From Nemertoderma westbladi (Eukaryota; Animalia; Xenacoelomorpha): a stretch of 57,989 nucleotides of DNA. Below the pieces are notes generated by a model that ran no database searches, had not been told where the DNA came from, and saw only the letters and a program-made list of their open reading frames with translations. Both the position numbers and the translations under genes were made by a program. Positions within the stretch are counted from its first letter, which is position 1; each line of letters opens with the position of its first letter. The DNA lies in NCBI GenBank assembly GCA_032718475.1, contig JAUCBJ010006597.1, positions 1 through 57,989 of the forward strand. The letters run 5' to 3'. This document shows, piece after piece, positions 1-11,512 of the stretch.

Positions 1-408
1 ATTATATTCCGCGAGATGTAGGCCTACAGTATGCACCGACATTATATTCCGCGAGATGTAGGGGCCTACAGTATGTACCGACATTATATTCTGCGAGATG
101 TAGGCCTACAGTATGCATCGACACTATATTCCGCGAGATGTAGGCCTACAGTATGCACCGACATTATATTCCGCGAGATGAAGGCCTACAGTATGCACCG
201 ACATTATATTCCGCGAGATGTAGGCCTACAGTATGCACCGACATTATATTCCGCGAGATGTAGGCCTACAGTATGCACCGACATTATATTCCGCGAGATG
301 TAGGCCTACACTATGCACCGACATTATATTCCGCGAGATGTAGGCCTACACTATGCACCGACATTATATTCCGCGAGATGTAGGCCTACAGTATGCACCG
401 ACATTATA
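1..408. repeat. 40-bp tandem repeat (~10 copies, continues off the left edge)
   Basis: Unit ATTATATTCCGCGAGATGTAGGCCTACAGTATGCACCGAC repeated head-to-tail with few variants; the ORF at 31-303 is a translation of this repeat. Confidence 0.95.
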
Positions 409-1049
409 TAGTTAATTTCGAAATCGTGAAAGAATTAATTATTGCAGGTAATTTAACAAAGTGAACCCGATCGGTGTCATACAGTAAAAGGTTGATTTAT
501 CGAAGTGAACCGCAAATACCATTAATTTACAGTGTTTTAAGTCAATTCGATAATTTTCGAGTTTTTAACAGATTGGAACTCAGAGTAAGGAAACAGTTGT
601 TAATTTTGTTTAACCGTCGAGCGTATATTACACCGTAGGTCGTAAAGTACCACTTTATAGCTTTACAACCCAGTAGATCAATGCTACTGATACTACTGTA
701 TATGGCCTAATTTGTATGTAATTTTGTAACTTTATTATTGCATTACCATAAAGCTTTATGCTGTACTGTAGTATACTTACAGGTTACCGGTATTGAATTA
801 ATTTTCCCTTTCTCCAAGTGGGTGCGATAAAATGACACTTTATGGCCCGCTTGCGCTTCCACACAATAGCTACAATAATAATAAGATTGAAAGTTGGTAA
901 TAAAATAGTTAATTTCCTATTGTTACATGCTCACATTTCACAACGGTGGTTTTTCTTAGCCGCAAAAACAACTTCAACTATAATACCTGTTTTTTTTTCA
1001 AATTGTATTAAGTTTAATTAATTAATAAATTCGTCTCAGATATTCTTTT

Positions 1050-1226
1050 GAGACAGGGGGGGGGGGGGGGGGGGGGGGGGCTTGAAGCAAATCCCATCTC
1101 AGCGAATTAATTGCCTCAATGTTGATCAATTATCAATTAAGGGAAAGGAGCAGGGCATAGTTGTACGTTATTCTAACCAAAACAATAAACTAAAGTCAAA
1201 GTCACCCCCCCCCCCTCCTTATCTGA
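1050..1226 (+). mobile_element. Degenerate MITE copy (GAGACAGGGG-ended family)
   Basis: Starts GAGACA plus a G-run, continues GCGAATTAAT...CCTCAATGTT...AGGGAAAGGAGCAG...AACCAAAACAATAAACTAA, which aligns with the copies at 5064 and 33321; a C-run lies near the right end. Confidence 0.55.
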
Positions 1227-1487
1227 TTCTTTTAATTATAAAAAAACTATATAATTTAATTACAATTATGTCAAAAACTAACACTAGTGTAGTACTGTAT
1301 TTTCTGAGATTGAAGAATTATTCAAAAAGTATTATAAATACAAGCCTACAGTATAAAGAACCTACTGTTGTACCTAAACATATAAATTAATCTAAAAAAT
1401 GCAATTATTATAAGAATAGCGTGTGAATGCGTGTAAACGAGGTATTTATTGGTGCTTTACATATAAATATTGAACGTAAACTTCTAA

Positions 1488-2543
1488 CTACAGTTCAGTG
1501 TTCGCAGTTTCTGTAGTCTCGAGTTCCAAACCGCCCCGGTCCTGGTCCATCTGATCGTCGACAACCAACGCGTTGTCCTCTTCCGTGGTTTCCCTTCGCC
1601 GCCACATAATCCGTTTACGCCGCGTGCAATACGCCACTACGCCCGCCACTAGCAGTATATACGCGGTGGCGCTGCATACAGCTATAGCCGCAGTCCTGCC
1701 TATGCTGTTTGCACTGGTACTGGAGTTGCTATTATTTATCTTACGGGAATATATTGATTTGTGGCCGAACTCCCCGCATTCGAATAGATCTCCTATGTAG
1801 GCCCCTGTGCTCGGGTCGTACACACAGACTCTGATAGTATCGCTGTACGCTATACCGAAGTGATTGCCCGCCACGCAGATACACTTACTGGGCAGCACGT
1901 GAGTGGACCGGCGTATCAGCAGCGTCCCGTTGGGAAACTGAAAGTATTTCCCGTCTACAGACTCGAGTAGCTGATGGTGCCGGTTACCCAGCGACTGGTT
2001 GTGATTATCGGAGGTGACCGTGGTGTACGGGGGTGTAGTCACCCACGATATCGTAGGTCTCGGGAATCCGTGAACGTAACAATCGATCCAAACGGGGTCG
2101 CCCTCGGTTATGTTAACTCGCGGTGATTTAATCACAACTCGGGGTTCCAGTTTCGGTTTCATCAGATCGTAGAGAAGATACGGTAGACTTGTCGGAGACG
2201 CCGCCGGGTGTTGAGGGTCCCGCACAGCGCAACTAACGTAAACATCTGTCTGGAAGTTATCCATTAGAGATATGTTGGTCGGTAGCGATAGAATATCGCC
2301 GGATTGGATTGCTCCAGGGGTTTTAGAGCGCTCGACACTTCCGTTACTATTGGTTATCAACCATTTGTAGTTGGAAGTAGAATTGGGGTGGTAATGGTGG
2401 GATGGAGTGGAACAATGGAGTTTGACTACTTCGTGTGAGAGATTGTTCAAGTATGTTATCGAAAGGCTCAGCATAGAAGCGTGTGTTAGCAGAGTTGTTA
2501 TGGTTACTAGCAGACCAATCACTCGCATCATGCTTCGATACAT
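1488..2543 (-). CDS. Single-exon Ig-superfamily type I membrane protein, PTK7/Off-track-like, no kinase domain
   Basis: 351-aa ORF with N-terminal signal peptide, a degenerate Ig domain, an I-set Ig domain (EGDPVWIDCYVHGFPRPTISW...FPNGTLLI...CICVAGN), TM segment AAIAVCSATAYILLVAGVVAYC followed by RRKR, and a short acidic tail. GC-rich relative to the flanks. Confidence 0.8.
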   Translation of the reverse strand: MYRSMMRVIGLLVTITTLLTHASMLSLSITYLNNLSHEVVKLHCSTPSHHYHPNSTSNYKWLITNSNGSVERSKTPGAIQSGDILSLPTNISLMDNFQTDVYVSCAVRDPQHPAASPTSLPYLLYDLMKPKLEPRVVIKSPRVNITEGDPVWIDCYVHGFPRPTISWVTTPPYTTVTSDNHNQSLGNRHHQLLESVDGKYFQFPNGTLLIRRSTHVLPSKCICVAGNHFGIAYSDTIRVCVYDPSTGAYIGDLFECGEFGHKSIYSRKINNSNSSTSANSIGRTAAIAVCSATAYILLVAGVVAYCTRRKRIMWRRRETTEEDNALVVDDQMDQDRGGLELETTETANTEL

Positions 2544-5063
2544 GGTGTCAATATTGTCAGGGTAATTTCACATTAATTTCGCGTAATAAATAACATGTTT
2601 AATAATAATACAGAACTAATAATTAAATTCAATATTTAGAATATATAGAGAGGGCAAAATATAATATAATTAAGAGTTACGCCGATTTAAGAGTTATTCA
2701 TCTGAGTTGTAATTATACATTGTGTAAACATTTTAACCGATTTTACCTTTTAGGCCGGTGATGAATATCAAATCATCCCGTTGGGTGGGGTGTGTAGTTA
2801 AAAAAATAGTAATTAAATACAAAATAACAATAATAGTAGAACGTTATGACAAAGTAAATAATAGTTGGTGATTTTATTTGTAATATTTATATTTAAAGTT
2901 ACTCACAATAACAATTGCTAAATGCAATAACACTCGTTGCTTGCAAATCAATTGTTGCCCGATAATGCACTGGTTGCTCGCAATAGACTTTTCGTAATAG
3001 AGCTTTTTTCGCAAAAGCATTTGCTTCTCGCAAAAACAATTCTTAAATCTTAATAGCAACTGCTGCTCCAAATATTACTTCTTGCTATAAACAATATGAT
3101 TTTTTGATATTTTTGGCTTGTATGCAATAGTAAACGTTCCTCACAATATTAGCACTCGTTGTTCGCAATAGCATAAGCTACCCGCAATAACTCTTATTGC
3201 TCACAATACAGCAATATGTCTTGTGAAGGCAATAAGAATAAGACATGCGCTCGCAAAATCAATTTGTTTCTCTCACAATAGCTTCGGCACTTGTCTCTCA
3301 CACTATAATCTCATAAAGGATTCCCAAACATGTAGCCTATCGGAATTATAAAGGCGAACTATATTCCCGGAGCTGATGTTATTGTTTCGCCTCAGGCATC
3401 TCACTTAATCAGCAGTTCGAACGCTAACCTCATAACCTCTTGTCAGATTCATGTTCCGTTGCCATAAGCGTGTGGTAGCTGACAGCTGGAGTCACAACCT
3501 GTAAAGCGTTTAACAACCACAATAGGGCTCTATCATAGATTTGGAACTAAGGATGCTGCTACGTGAAAAATCTATAATTTTATTAAATTCTCTATTAATT
3601 ATAGAGTTCAACCAACTGGGAGTTTTTAACAAACTATTTGCACAGAAAGTGGCGTGAGTGAAAAAAGTGTTCTCCAGCCCAAATTTGTCACATATGAAAT
3701 AAAGTGTTCTTTATTGTTTTGGTTAGAAAAAATTGCCACTGTAACCTGCTCCTTTCCCTTGTTGATTGTTTTGATGCCTTTGTGTTTCAAATTATATTAT
3801 TTTTTTAAATACACTAAACACAAGATTGTGTTTGCTTTAATTAACTCTATTTTCTGTAGCCTTACAGCCTCATACATTGTAGCCTTACAGCCTCATACAG
3901 AGCCCTCATCTCATCGCGGGATGATAGTGGAATGTTGGTGCGGCTCTGCAAAACGCACTGCTCTCGTATGTTAAAAGCCAACCACTTGGGAAATTCATTG
4001 TCCTTGGCTGTCGTCCGTTTCGCAGTCAGGCATTATCACTTATCAGCGACTCTCCAGTATGGGCCTAGTGTTTGCATTAGGGGGCCGTTACTACGCTGGT
4101 GTTTGGTTCAGTAACAATCGAAATAAGTGACAGCTTGAATTAAACTGTACGCGGGTTGGCATTTCGGTTTCTTCGAATTATAATAATACCGGGGTATTTT
4201 CGATTAATTTAATTCAGCATGATATACCGGAGCCGGAGATAAACTCATTATGCAAATACAGCGAGTTGGTAAGTAAATAATTTAGTGCGGATGATTGGAT
4301 TGTTGTAATTAAAATCTAAAGAATCAGCATATGGGAATAATTGAAAACGGTAGGTTGTCACTCTGTCAGTCGGTGCAAATATGGAAGCAGCGAGCATGCT
4401 GTCAAATTATTCCTCACCTGTCCGCCTCCATACCATATATGAAGTGGGATAGGCATGAAATAGAAATACAATTCAATAAAATGGTAAAATTGGTCCAAAA
4501 TAAAAATGAATTTATATAACTAGAGCCGATAAAACTAATAATTTATTATTGAATGTTACAAGAAAATAATGTAAACACAGCTGGGTCTGAAGTCACAACA
4601 AGGATTAACTGCTGAGTTATTCGAAACGATCTAGACTTTTAGGGTTGGGCTAATCCTGTTGTACAAAATCCTCAATTAAATGTATAAAAAACACACATGA
4701 AGTATTTTACAAGGTCTAACTAAGGGCACTCAAGTCTGGGGGGTGCTGAAACTGTACTTTGCGTTAAACCGCCCCAGTCCTTATTCATCCGCCCACCTTC
4801 ACATGCGGTAATAGAAAGAATAGGAAACCCTGGCGGCTATATCCACTACAAACACGGTCCTGGCTAATCACAGTCTGTCTCAACTCAAACATGTAGTTAT
4901 AGACAATTACAAAATATTATTCGTTAGTGAGGTTAGTCAACTGAGTCTCAACCCCAACTCTCTAACCAACTATAGTTCAAGCTTTCTCTCCTAGTCAAAT
5001 GTTAAGTTACACGCCAAACAATAATTGATTAAAAATAAATAAATAAACTATGTTCTCGAGTTT

Positions 5064-5278
5064 TGAGACAGCAGACAGGGGGTGGGGGGACTGGACGCAA
5101 AACCCGCGTTGGCGAATTAATATCCCGCCTCAATGTTAAATTCTCAATATAGGGAAAGGAGCAGGTTACAGTGGCACGTAATTTTAACCAAAACAATAAA
5201 CTAACCACAATAGAACAGGTTACAGTTTTATTTTTGAGAGTAATTAGCTGTTATTTGCGTCGAAGTTTCCCTAGAGAG
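5064..5278 (+). mobile_element. MITE copy (GAGACAGGGG family)
   Basis: Aligns over ~200 bp with 33321-33530; contains the inverted pair ACTGGACGCAA / TTGCGTCGAAGT. Confidence 0.7.
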
Positions 5279-6941
5279 TTTATGTTTTCTTAAAATAAAA
5301 CGTATGTAAACGCTACGCCGAGACAGAGGGACAATCACAGCCGCCAAATATGCGACTGTAACCTGTAATATTGATCGGTTTATTGTTTTGGTTAGAAAAG
5401 ACTCTCACTGTAACCTGTATCTTTCACTCTACTGAAAATAAACATTAATTAGCGTTGTATTGGTTGTCGGTGAAACGAATACAAAATAATGCAAATAGAA
5501 ATAAAGGTAAATGAATCCATCATAATAATTATTGAGTAATAATTTATTTGAGATGGAATTGAGTGTGATAGTAATAATTCCTAGGCGCCCACAATCCAAC
5601 GACTCTTTGATGCGTGACCACGCATAATCGATTTGAATAAAATTAAAGGCCACAATTCGTATAGATAAAAATAAACGGATTACTAGAATTCACACAAAAA
5701 GGCTAATGATTTAAATAAATATTATACAACAAAAGAGCTGTAATTTTTATATATGTTGGCAGCAGAGCGTAACGGTATGTTAATGTACAGAGTACATAGT
5801 GAATCTAACTAAACCTATGATTACCTTATACAAAGGAATGCATTGTAATCCAAGAGTACAAACAAATACCCAAACAATAAATTCTATTCATTTGTGTGGT
5901 GCTAAAAAAACCTGGTAGATTTCCAAATACTATGTCAAAGACGGCTTCCTATTGGTTGGACGTATTAAAGTTCCTGGGACACTAATTGTTGGTTGGCTAT
6001 CCACTCGATTGTTGCGAATTATTATCTGTAGCGGCGCCGTCTTTGCGAGGTACCCTTCTTACTGCTGTATTATTATAGATATTGAGGGGGGGGGGGGGGG
6101 GGGGGGGGGGCATCCAACCGTATAGAGGAATGAATGCCTTGCGTGAAGGAGGGGAAACTAACTGGGGGGGAGGAGGGATGATGTGTTAGTTGCTACGATT
6201 GAGTAACAGCGAGCGCTTAGGGGCGAGTGCCTCCCGCGGTTATGTTGCCTCATTACCAACAAATGAACTTCTCTGGCAGCAACTGCGCGCTGCGCTGCCA
6301 CGATGTCATATGGCCCAACAAGCGAACGAGGTAACTGGGGCAACAACCTACAGGATGCTATGTCCCTTCGAATTCGACGAGGTGTAAGAAATGCCGCGTT
6401 CTCTCGGCTTTACTGTTCCCATATTTCGCGTGTTCGTAAACGGAATAACAACTAGTCAGAGGGACAACCGCGCCCACAGGAAACCAATTAATTCAGCCGG
6501 CGTATAAACGACTGAAGCGTTGATGGGAGTGCCGCGTAATTCCTGGCTTTATATAATCGCTTCCCGAGATTACATTCCCTTGCGTGTAATGAATCACAGC
6601 TTACTCTAAACTCCGTAAACTCTTATTGCTTTACGCTAACAATACCGCTCATTTCGTATGCAAAACGTTATTACCAATTCGGCGCACTCAAAACATTATC
6701 AACATAATATTTGCCATGTAATAAGATTAAGTTGGTTCGCTGACATATTACAGGAAACACTGAGTCACATTTTTATGTATAACTTTAAAAATAAATATAA
6801 ATAAAAGTAAAGTTTTTTAATTCCTTTCCACTCTTTCTTGCTCACTTTTTTCTCGACCAAATAAATACATATGCTTGAATAAAGTGGCTGTAGTTTATTG
6901 CTAATGAGGCATATGGATGTGTATTTCATTCACACCACTTA

Positions 6942-8457
6942 AAGCCCGGTTTCCATGACGCAATATAGCTAGTAGCTTCGAGCTATTAGCTAATGGTTCG
7001 TCGCCAATATCTAATAGCCACGGCCACTAGCTACTGGCCGCAGCCAGTGACTACTTGCCGCAAAACCAGTAGCTATTGGCCGCGAAGCTACTCGCTATTT
7101 GCGCGAGGAATATAGCCTTCTTCCAAGTCAGACATGGCCTACTATATATGCGGTCTAAACCCGGTTTCCATGATGTAACATAGCTACTGGCTACATGCCA
7201 TAATACAGCTAGTGGCCACTGAAAATAGCTAGTATCGACAGGCTACTAGCTGTTGGCCGCAGCTCGTAGCTACTGGCTATTTGGGACACTGCCATCCCGG
7301 TTTCCATGAAACATAGTAGTAGACATAGTCATAGTAGACATGTACCGAACAACAAGAGTCCCACAAGAAATGAAAACAAATAAGTTGGTGCCAGTTCCCA
7401 AGAAGGGCAACCTAACACTCTATGGTTCTTTTCGGGGAATCTCATTGATCTCGATTGCTGCAAAGCTATACAATAGAATTCTATTAAATCGCATCAGGGA
7501 TCCCATTGAGAGACTGCTCCGTGGAAATCAGAATGGGTTCCGTAAAGGTCGTGGGACCATGGAACCCATTTTGGCACTTAGAAGGATAATTGAAGAGTTA
7601 TCAAAAAAGAAAGACAGGCATCTCGCTGTTATCTTTGTTGACTTCTTCAAGGCCTTTGATTCAGTCTCCCGCTCACGTATGTTCAGCATACCTTCATTAT
7701 ATGGGATTCCTGATGAAATTATTGCAGCAATCAGATCAGTATACGATGGTTCGACAACATTTGTGTCTACTGTTGATGGTGACACAGAACCATTTGAAGT
7801 GTTATGGGGCGTCCTCCAGGGGTCGAGGAAATCCTGCCAAGTACCTAACTGATCTAGACTTTGCTGATGACTTAGGAGTACTCTCAGAATCACTAAAGGG
7901 AGTCCAACGGCTCCTCAGCTCATTAGAACATGCTGCTTCTAGTGTTGGTCTCTGTATTAACTCCAGAAAGACCAAAATTTTGACAGTTAACTTTGAAAGT
8001 TCTCAGCAAGTCTCTGATCAGATGAGCATAAGCTCAAAGGATGGTATGCTTGAGCATGTGGACGACTTCTGTTACCTGGGATCATGGATCCGGAAGTATA
8101 CATAAGGGAAAGGCATGGGCAGCCTTGAATAGGCTTTCCAGGATTTGGAAGTCACCGAGAATTAATCGGAAACTTAAGAAAGAATTCTACGGCAATGCTC
8201 ATACTTTAGAGTGAAATAATACCTAGGGCTGTACTGCTCTGTACCGCTACTGGTTATTGACCAGTTTATATTAATTTATTTATAATGATAAATCTTTCTA
8301 ATGATATATAGCGTGTTCAACGATGCCCCAGTGCGTAAGCTGCGGACAAGCAAAAACTTATCTTCCTAAATCGGGAGTAAACGAAGGCATCTGCGAAGCC
8401 TGTAGAAAGTAGCTAACTAGCTCGAAGCTACTAGTTATATTGCATCATGGAAACCGG
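6942..8457. mobile_element. Non-autonomous TIR DNA transposon (PIF/Harbinger-like ends) containing an RTE fragment
   Basis: Left arm CCCGGTTTCCATGACGCAATATAGCTAGTAGCTTCGAGCTA (6945) is inverted at 8411-8457 (TAGCTCGAAGCTACTAGTTATATTGCATCATGGAAACCGG). TTA precedes the left end; internal arm copies at ~7160 and ~7296. Superfamily is inferred from the end sequence only. Confidence 0.7.
7329..8178 (+). mobile_element. RTE-clade LINE fragment (family B), RT region, internally deleted
   Basis: RT motifs PVPKKGN, RGISLISIAAKLYNRILLNRI, QNGFR, FVDFFKAFDSV, DFADD; near-identical to 40831-41304 and 43322-43822; truncated at both ends. Confidence 0.92.
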
Positions 8458-9167
8458 TCGATTTGGCCTTAAAAAAAGAGGCCAGTTTTTTTTACACTAT
8501 TTTGATATGGGGAGAGTTCTATAAATTTTCATTTGCTGCAATTTGGTCAACGGACGTAATTGAAGTCTCGTCGTTAAGCAAGATAGTAAATTTTATGGTA
8601 GCTAGTGTTTTAGGTAGGTTTAGCTAGTAATTTCAACACTGGTTCCGACAACCTACTTCCCTTTATAAATATTTTGTAGTAGCTAGTTCTTATTACTATT
8701 TGTATAGAAAATGTTCCAGAACATGTTGTTTATTGACAATATTTTTTTTCACAATTTTTTTTATTGATTTTAAACACGTTTTAAAACGATTCCATGCGTT
8801 TTAAATAGAATCTAGACCTTTTTCTAAAAAATGTTCTAGAACAAAAAATATTTGTTCTAGAACATAACTTTTTTAAAAATGAATAGGTAACATGTTCTGG
8901 AACATTTTCTATTAAAATAGTAATAAGAACCAGCTACTACAAAATATTTATAGAGGGAAGTAGGATGTCGGAACCAGTGTTGAAATTACTATCTAAACCT
9001 ACCTAAAACACTAGCTACCATAAAATTTAGTATCTTGCTTAACGAAGAGGCTTCAATTACGTCCGTTGACCAAATTGCAGCAAATGACAATTTATAGAAC
9101 TCTCCCCATATCAAAACATCATTATTGTAAAAATAAACTGGCCTCTTTTTTTTAAGGCCAAATCGAC
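8457..9167. mobile_element. Foldback-type MITE with ~270-bp inverted arms
   Basis: GTCGATTTGGCCTTAAAAAAAGAGGCCAG at the left is mirrored by CTGGCCTCTTTTTTTAAGGCCAAATCGAC at the right; arms ~8457-8727 and ~8889-9167 are reverse complements with scattered mismatches. Confidence 0.88.
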
Positions 9168-10024
9168 AACCTGTTAGGCCGTCTATATAGTAGGCCATGA
9201 GTCAGAACCGAGGCTGCACTCTATATATTCCATGTGCTGTTCTGTTTCGTGATATTTCCTCTACACCACCTATGTGAGATACAATATTTTCATTATAATT
9301 AATAATATTCAGTTTTTGATTATTACTATCTATCAAACTACATAAATTTATTAACTATTAAATTCACTAATACAATCTAGGCCAATATTATACATTATGT
9401 GAGACCGAGGGTGCGAGGTAGAGAGAGAGATAAGGGCCGGTTAGTCCGTTTTTAGCATTTAGTCCAAAATGGTACTTTTTTGAAAATGTTCTACAACATT
9501 TTATCTATTTATTTTGTACTATAACATGTATATTTTGTTCTAGAATAACGGGTGTGGATTCCGAAACTGGTTATATTTTGTTCTAGAACAAACGGTTGTG
9601 GGGTCCGTGAAAACTTTAAAACTCGAAAACTTTTTAAATAATAATAATAATGTTTTAAATTAATTTAATAGCTGATACTGGAATATGACAGATACATACA
9701 TCTAATATCAATTATTCATATAATAATTAAATACTTAATTATGGTGACATTTCTATAGTTCTACCATATTGTTAGGATATTCCGTTAGAGTATTGTTAGG
9801 TTACTACTACTGTGCTAAGTTGTTCTATTATATTTTTACCCTGGTTTGGTAGAATCCACCATCATGTAGTTCAATTAATCTATGTACCCAGAAAGCTATC
9901 TAATATATATGCTCAAATATACATAATAGTAACCAACATATAATTGCGTTTAATATACTAGATATTATCTAATGCATCATGGAGATTCGATACATGGGTA
10001 TAATCTTTTAGTTACGCAGGAAAA

Positions 10025-10403
10025 TAGCTAATTTACACTCCATCGCCAGAATCAAATCTACTTTCCTGAAGCGCGTTCTAGGACTCCACCCACAAGACCT
10101 CACGTAACCGACTAGTATTGCAAAATCAATTTCACTATAGACCTTAACGGATTCCACAACCTCCCCACCACTTACCAGGAAGTATTATCAAACAAAATTG
10201 GGGATTATCGATCCTGAATTCTGGAACACACCAGCGCTAAATAATAATAGGTGGATGTCAGCAAATAACCCAAGACACGTAGTGACTAGGTATTCTTCAC
10301 ACGGGGTATCATCACCTCATTTGTAATACAAAGGGTTTCCATGCAGCGACATATGCGGCACCCACGCTTCCACGTATCACCTTCTGGGTTGTATTGACAA
10401 TTA
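10025..10403 (+). mobile_element. Degraded LINE ORF2 C-terminal fragment
   Basis: Frameshifted translation RIKSTFLKRVLGLH..SRNRLV ... RHVVTRYSSHGYHHLICNTKGFH ... ICGTHASTYHLLGC resembles the Cys/His-rich tail of non-LTR retrotransposon ORF2. Confidence 0.45.
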
Positions 10404-11064
10404 ATACACGCAGTTAGTTTGTCGCTATGGTCAAAAGACGAAGCCTAATAACTAACTTTTATTTAATTTGAACTCGATTTTATACCCCGCATATACCCCT
10501 TTTTACACTATACAGTATGCAATAATCACAATTTACCTTGAGCCAATAATACCGGCTTATTTAATAACAATATTAATGAGAAAATGACTGGATATGTTTA
10601 GCTATTTCTTTTGATTGTTTTATTTATAAATACACTTGTGTTTTTTTACTGGTTGCATTTCAATTTACGCCGCCTGGGATTGTATCTTTATTATAATAAT
10701 AGTTCAGAAGGGCTACCAATTTAAAGTAACACCAAAATTGATGAACATTTCACCAAAAAAATTATATTACACCAAAGTAAATATTGTGACCCCAAAAAAA
10801 TTATTCAATACCAAATAAAAGTCACCCCAAATAAAATTATTCAACACCAATAATAATTATTCACACCAAAATAAATGAGAAAACCCCCAAAATAAATACA
10901 AATTTTCCCAAAATAAATACGAATTTTCCCTCAAAATAAATACTAATTCCCCAAAGTAAATAAATAATTCCTCAAAATAAAAGCTTATTTTCCCCAAATA
11001 AATACATATTGCCCAAAATAAATGTTTATTTCCCCAAAATAATAAAATGCTCTATCAAAATAAA

Positions 11065-11140
11065 CAGACTCTTAGTTACAGACTCTCAGTTCCAGACTCT
11101 TAGTTACAGACTCTTAGTTCCAGACTCTTAGTTACAGACT
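11065..11140. repeat. 14-bp microsatellite-like tandem (~5 copies)
   Basis: CAGACTCTTAGTT(A/C) repeated. Confidence 0.9.
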
Positions 11141-11512
11141 ATTGTTACGAGGAACGTCGGGTGAGTACAAAACAAAGAGCCAAGACTTTACTGCCCGTTC
11201 TGTACAGAAAACAAAGAGGTAAAGTCGCATTACGTCCCAAAGAGCATTAGGTTCCATGTAACGGAGCAGGTTAGTAAAGGAGCCGGTTACAGGGCGTGTT
11301 GGAGGAACCAAAACAATAAACGTTTGTTAACACATGTTACAAGATTATGCAGGTCTATATGCGTCGGTATAATTTGATTAAACGTTTTGTTTGATTTCTG
11401 GAAATAAATAATGAATAAGTTTGTATAATTAAATTGTGCATAAAATATTTGGTGCTGGAAGAATTGTTTTTGGTTGACAAGTAATTATTTTAGGAATATT
11501 GAATAACTATTA

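Noticed and set aside
8710-9590. TTCTAGAA motifs as heat-shock elements
   Set aside because: Only two-unit matches without a correctly spaced third nGAAn; they are internal repeats of the foldback element.
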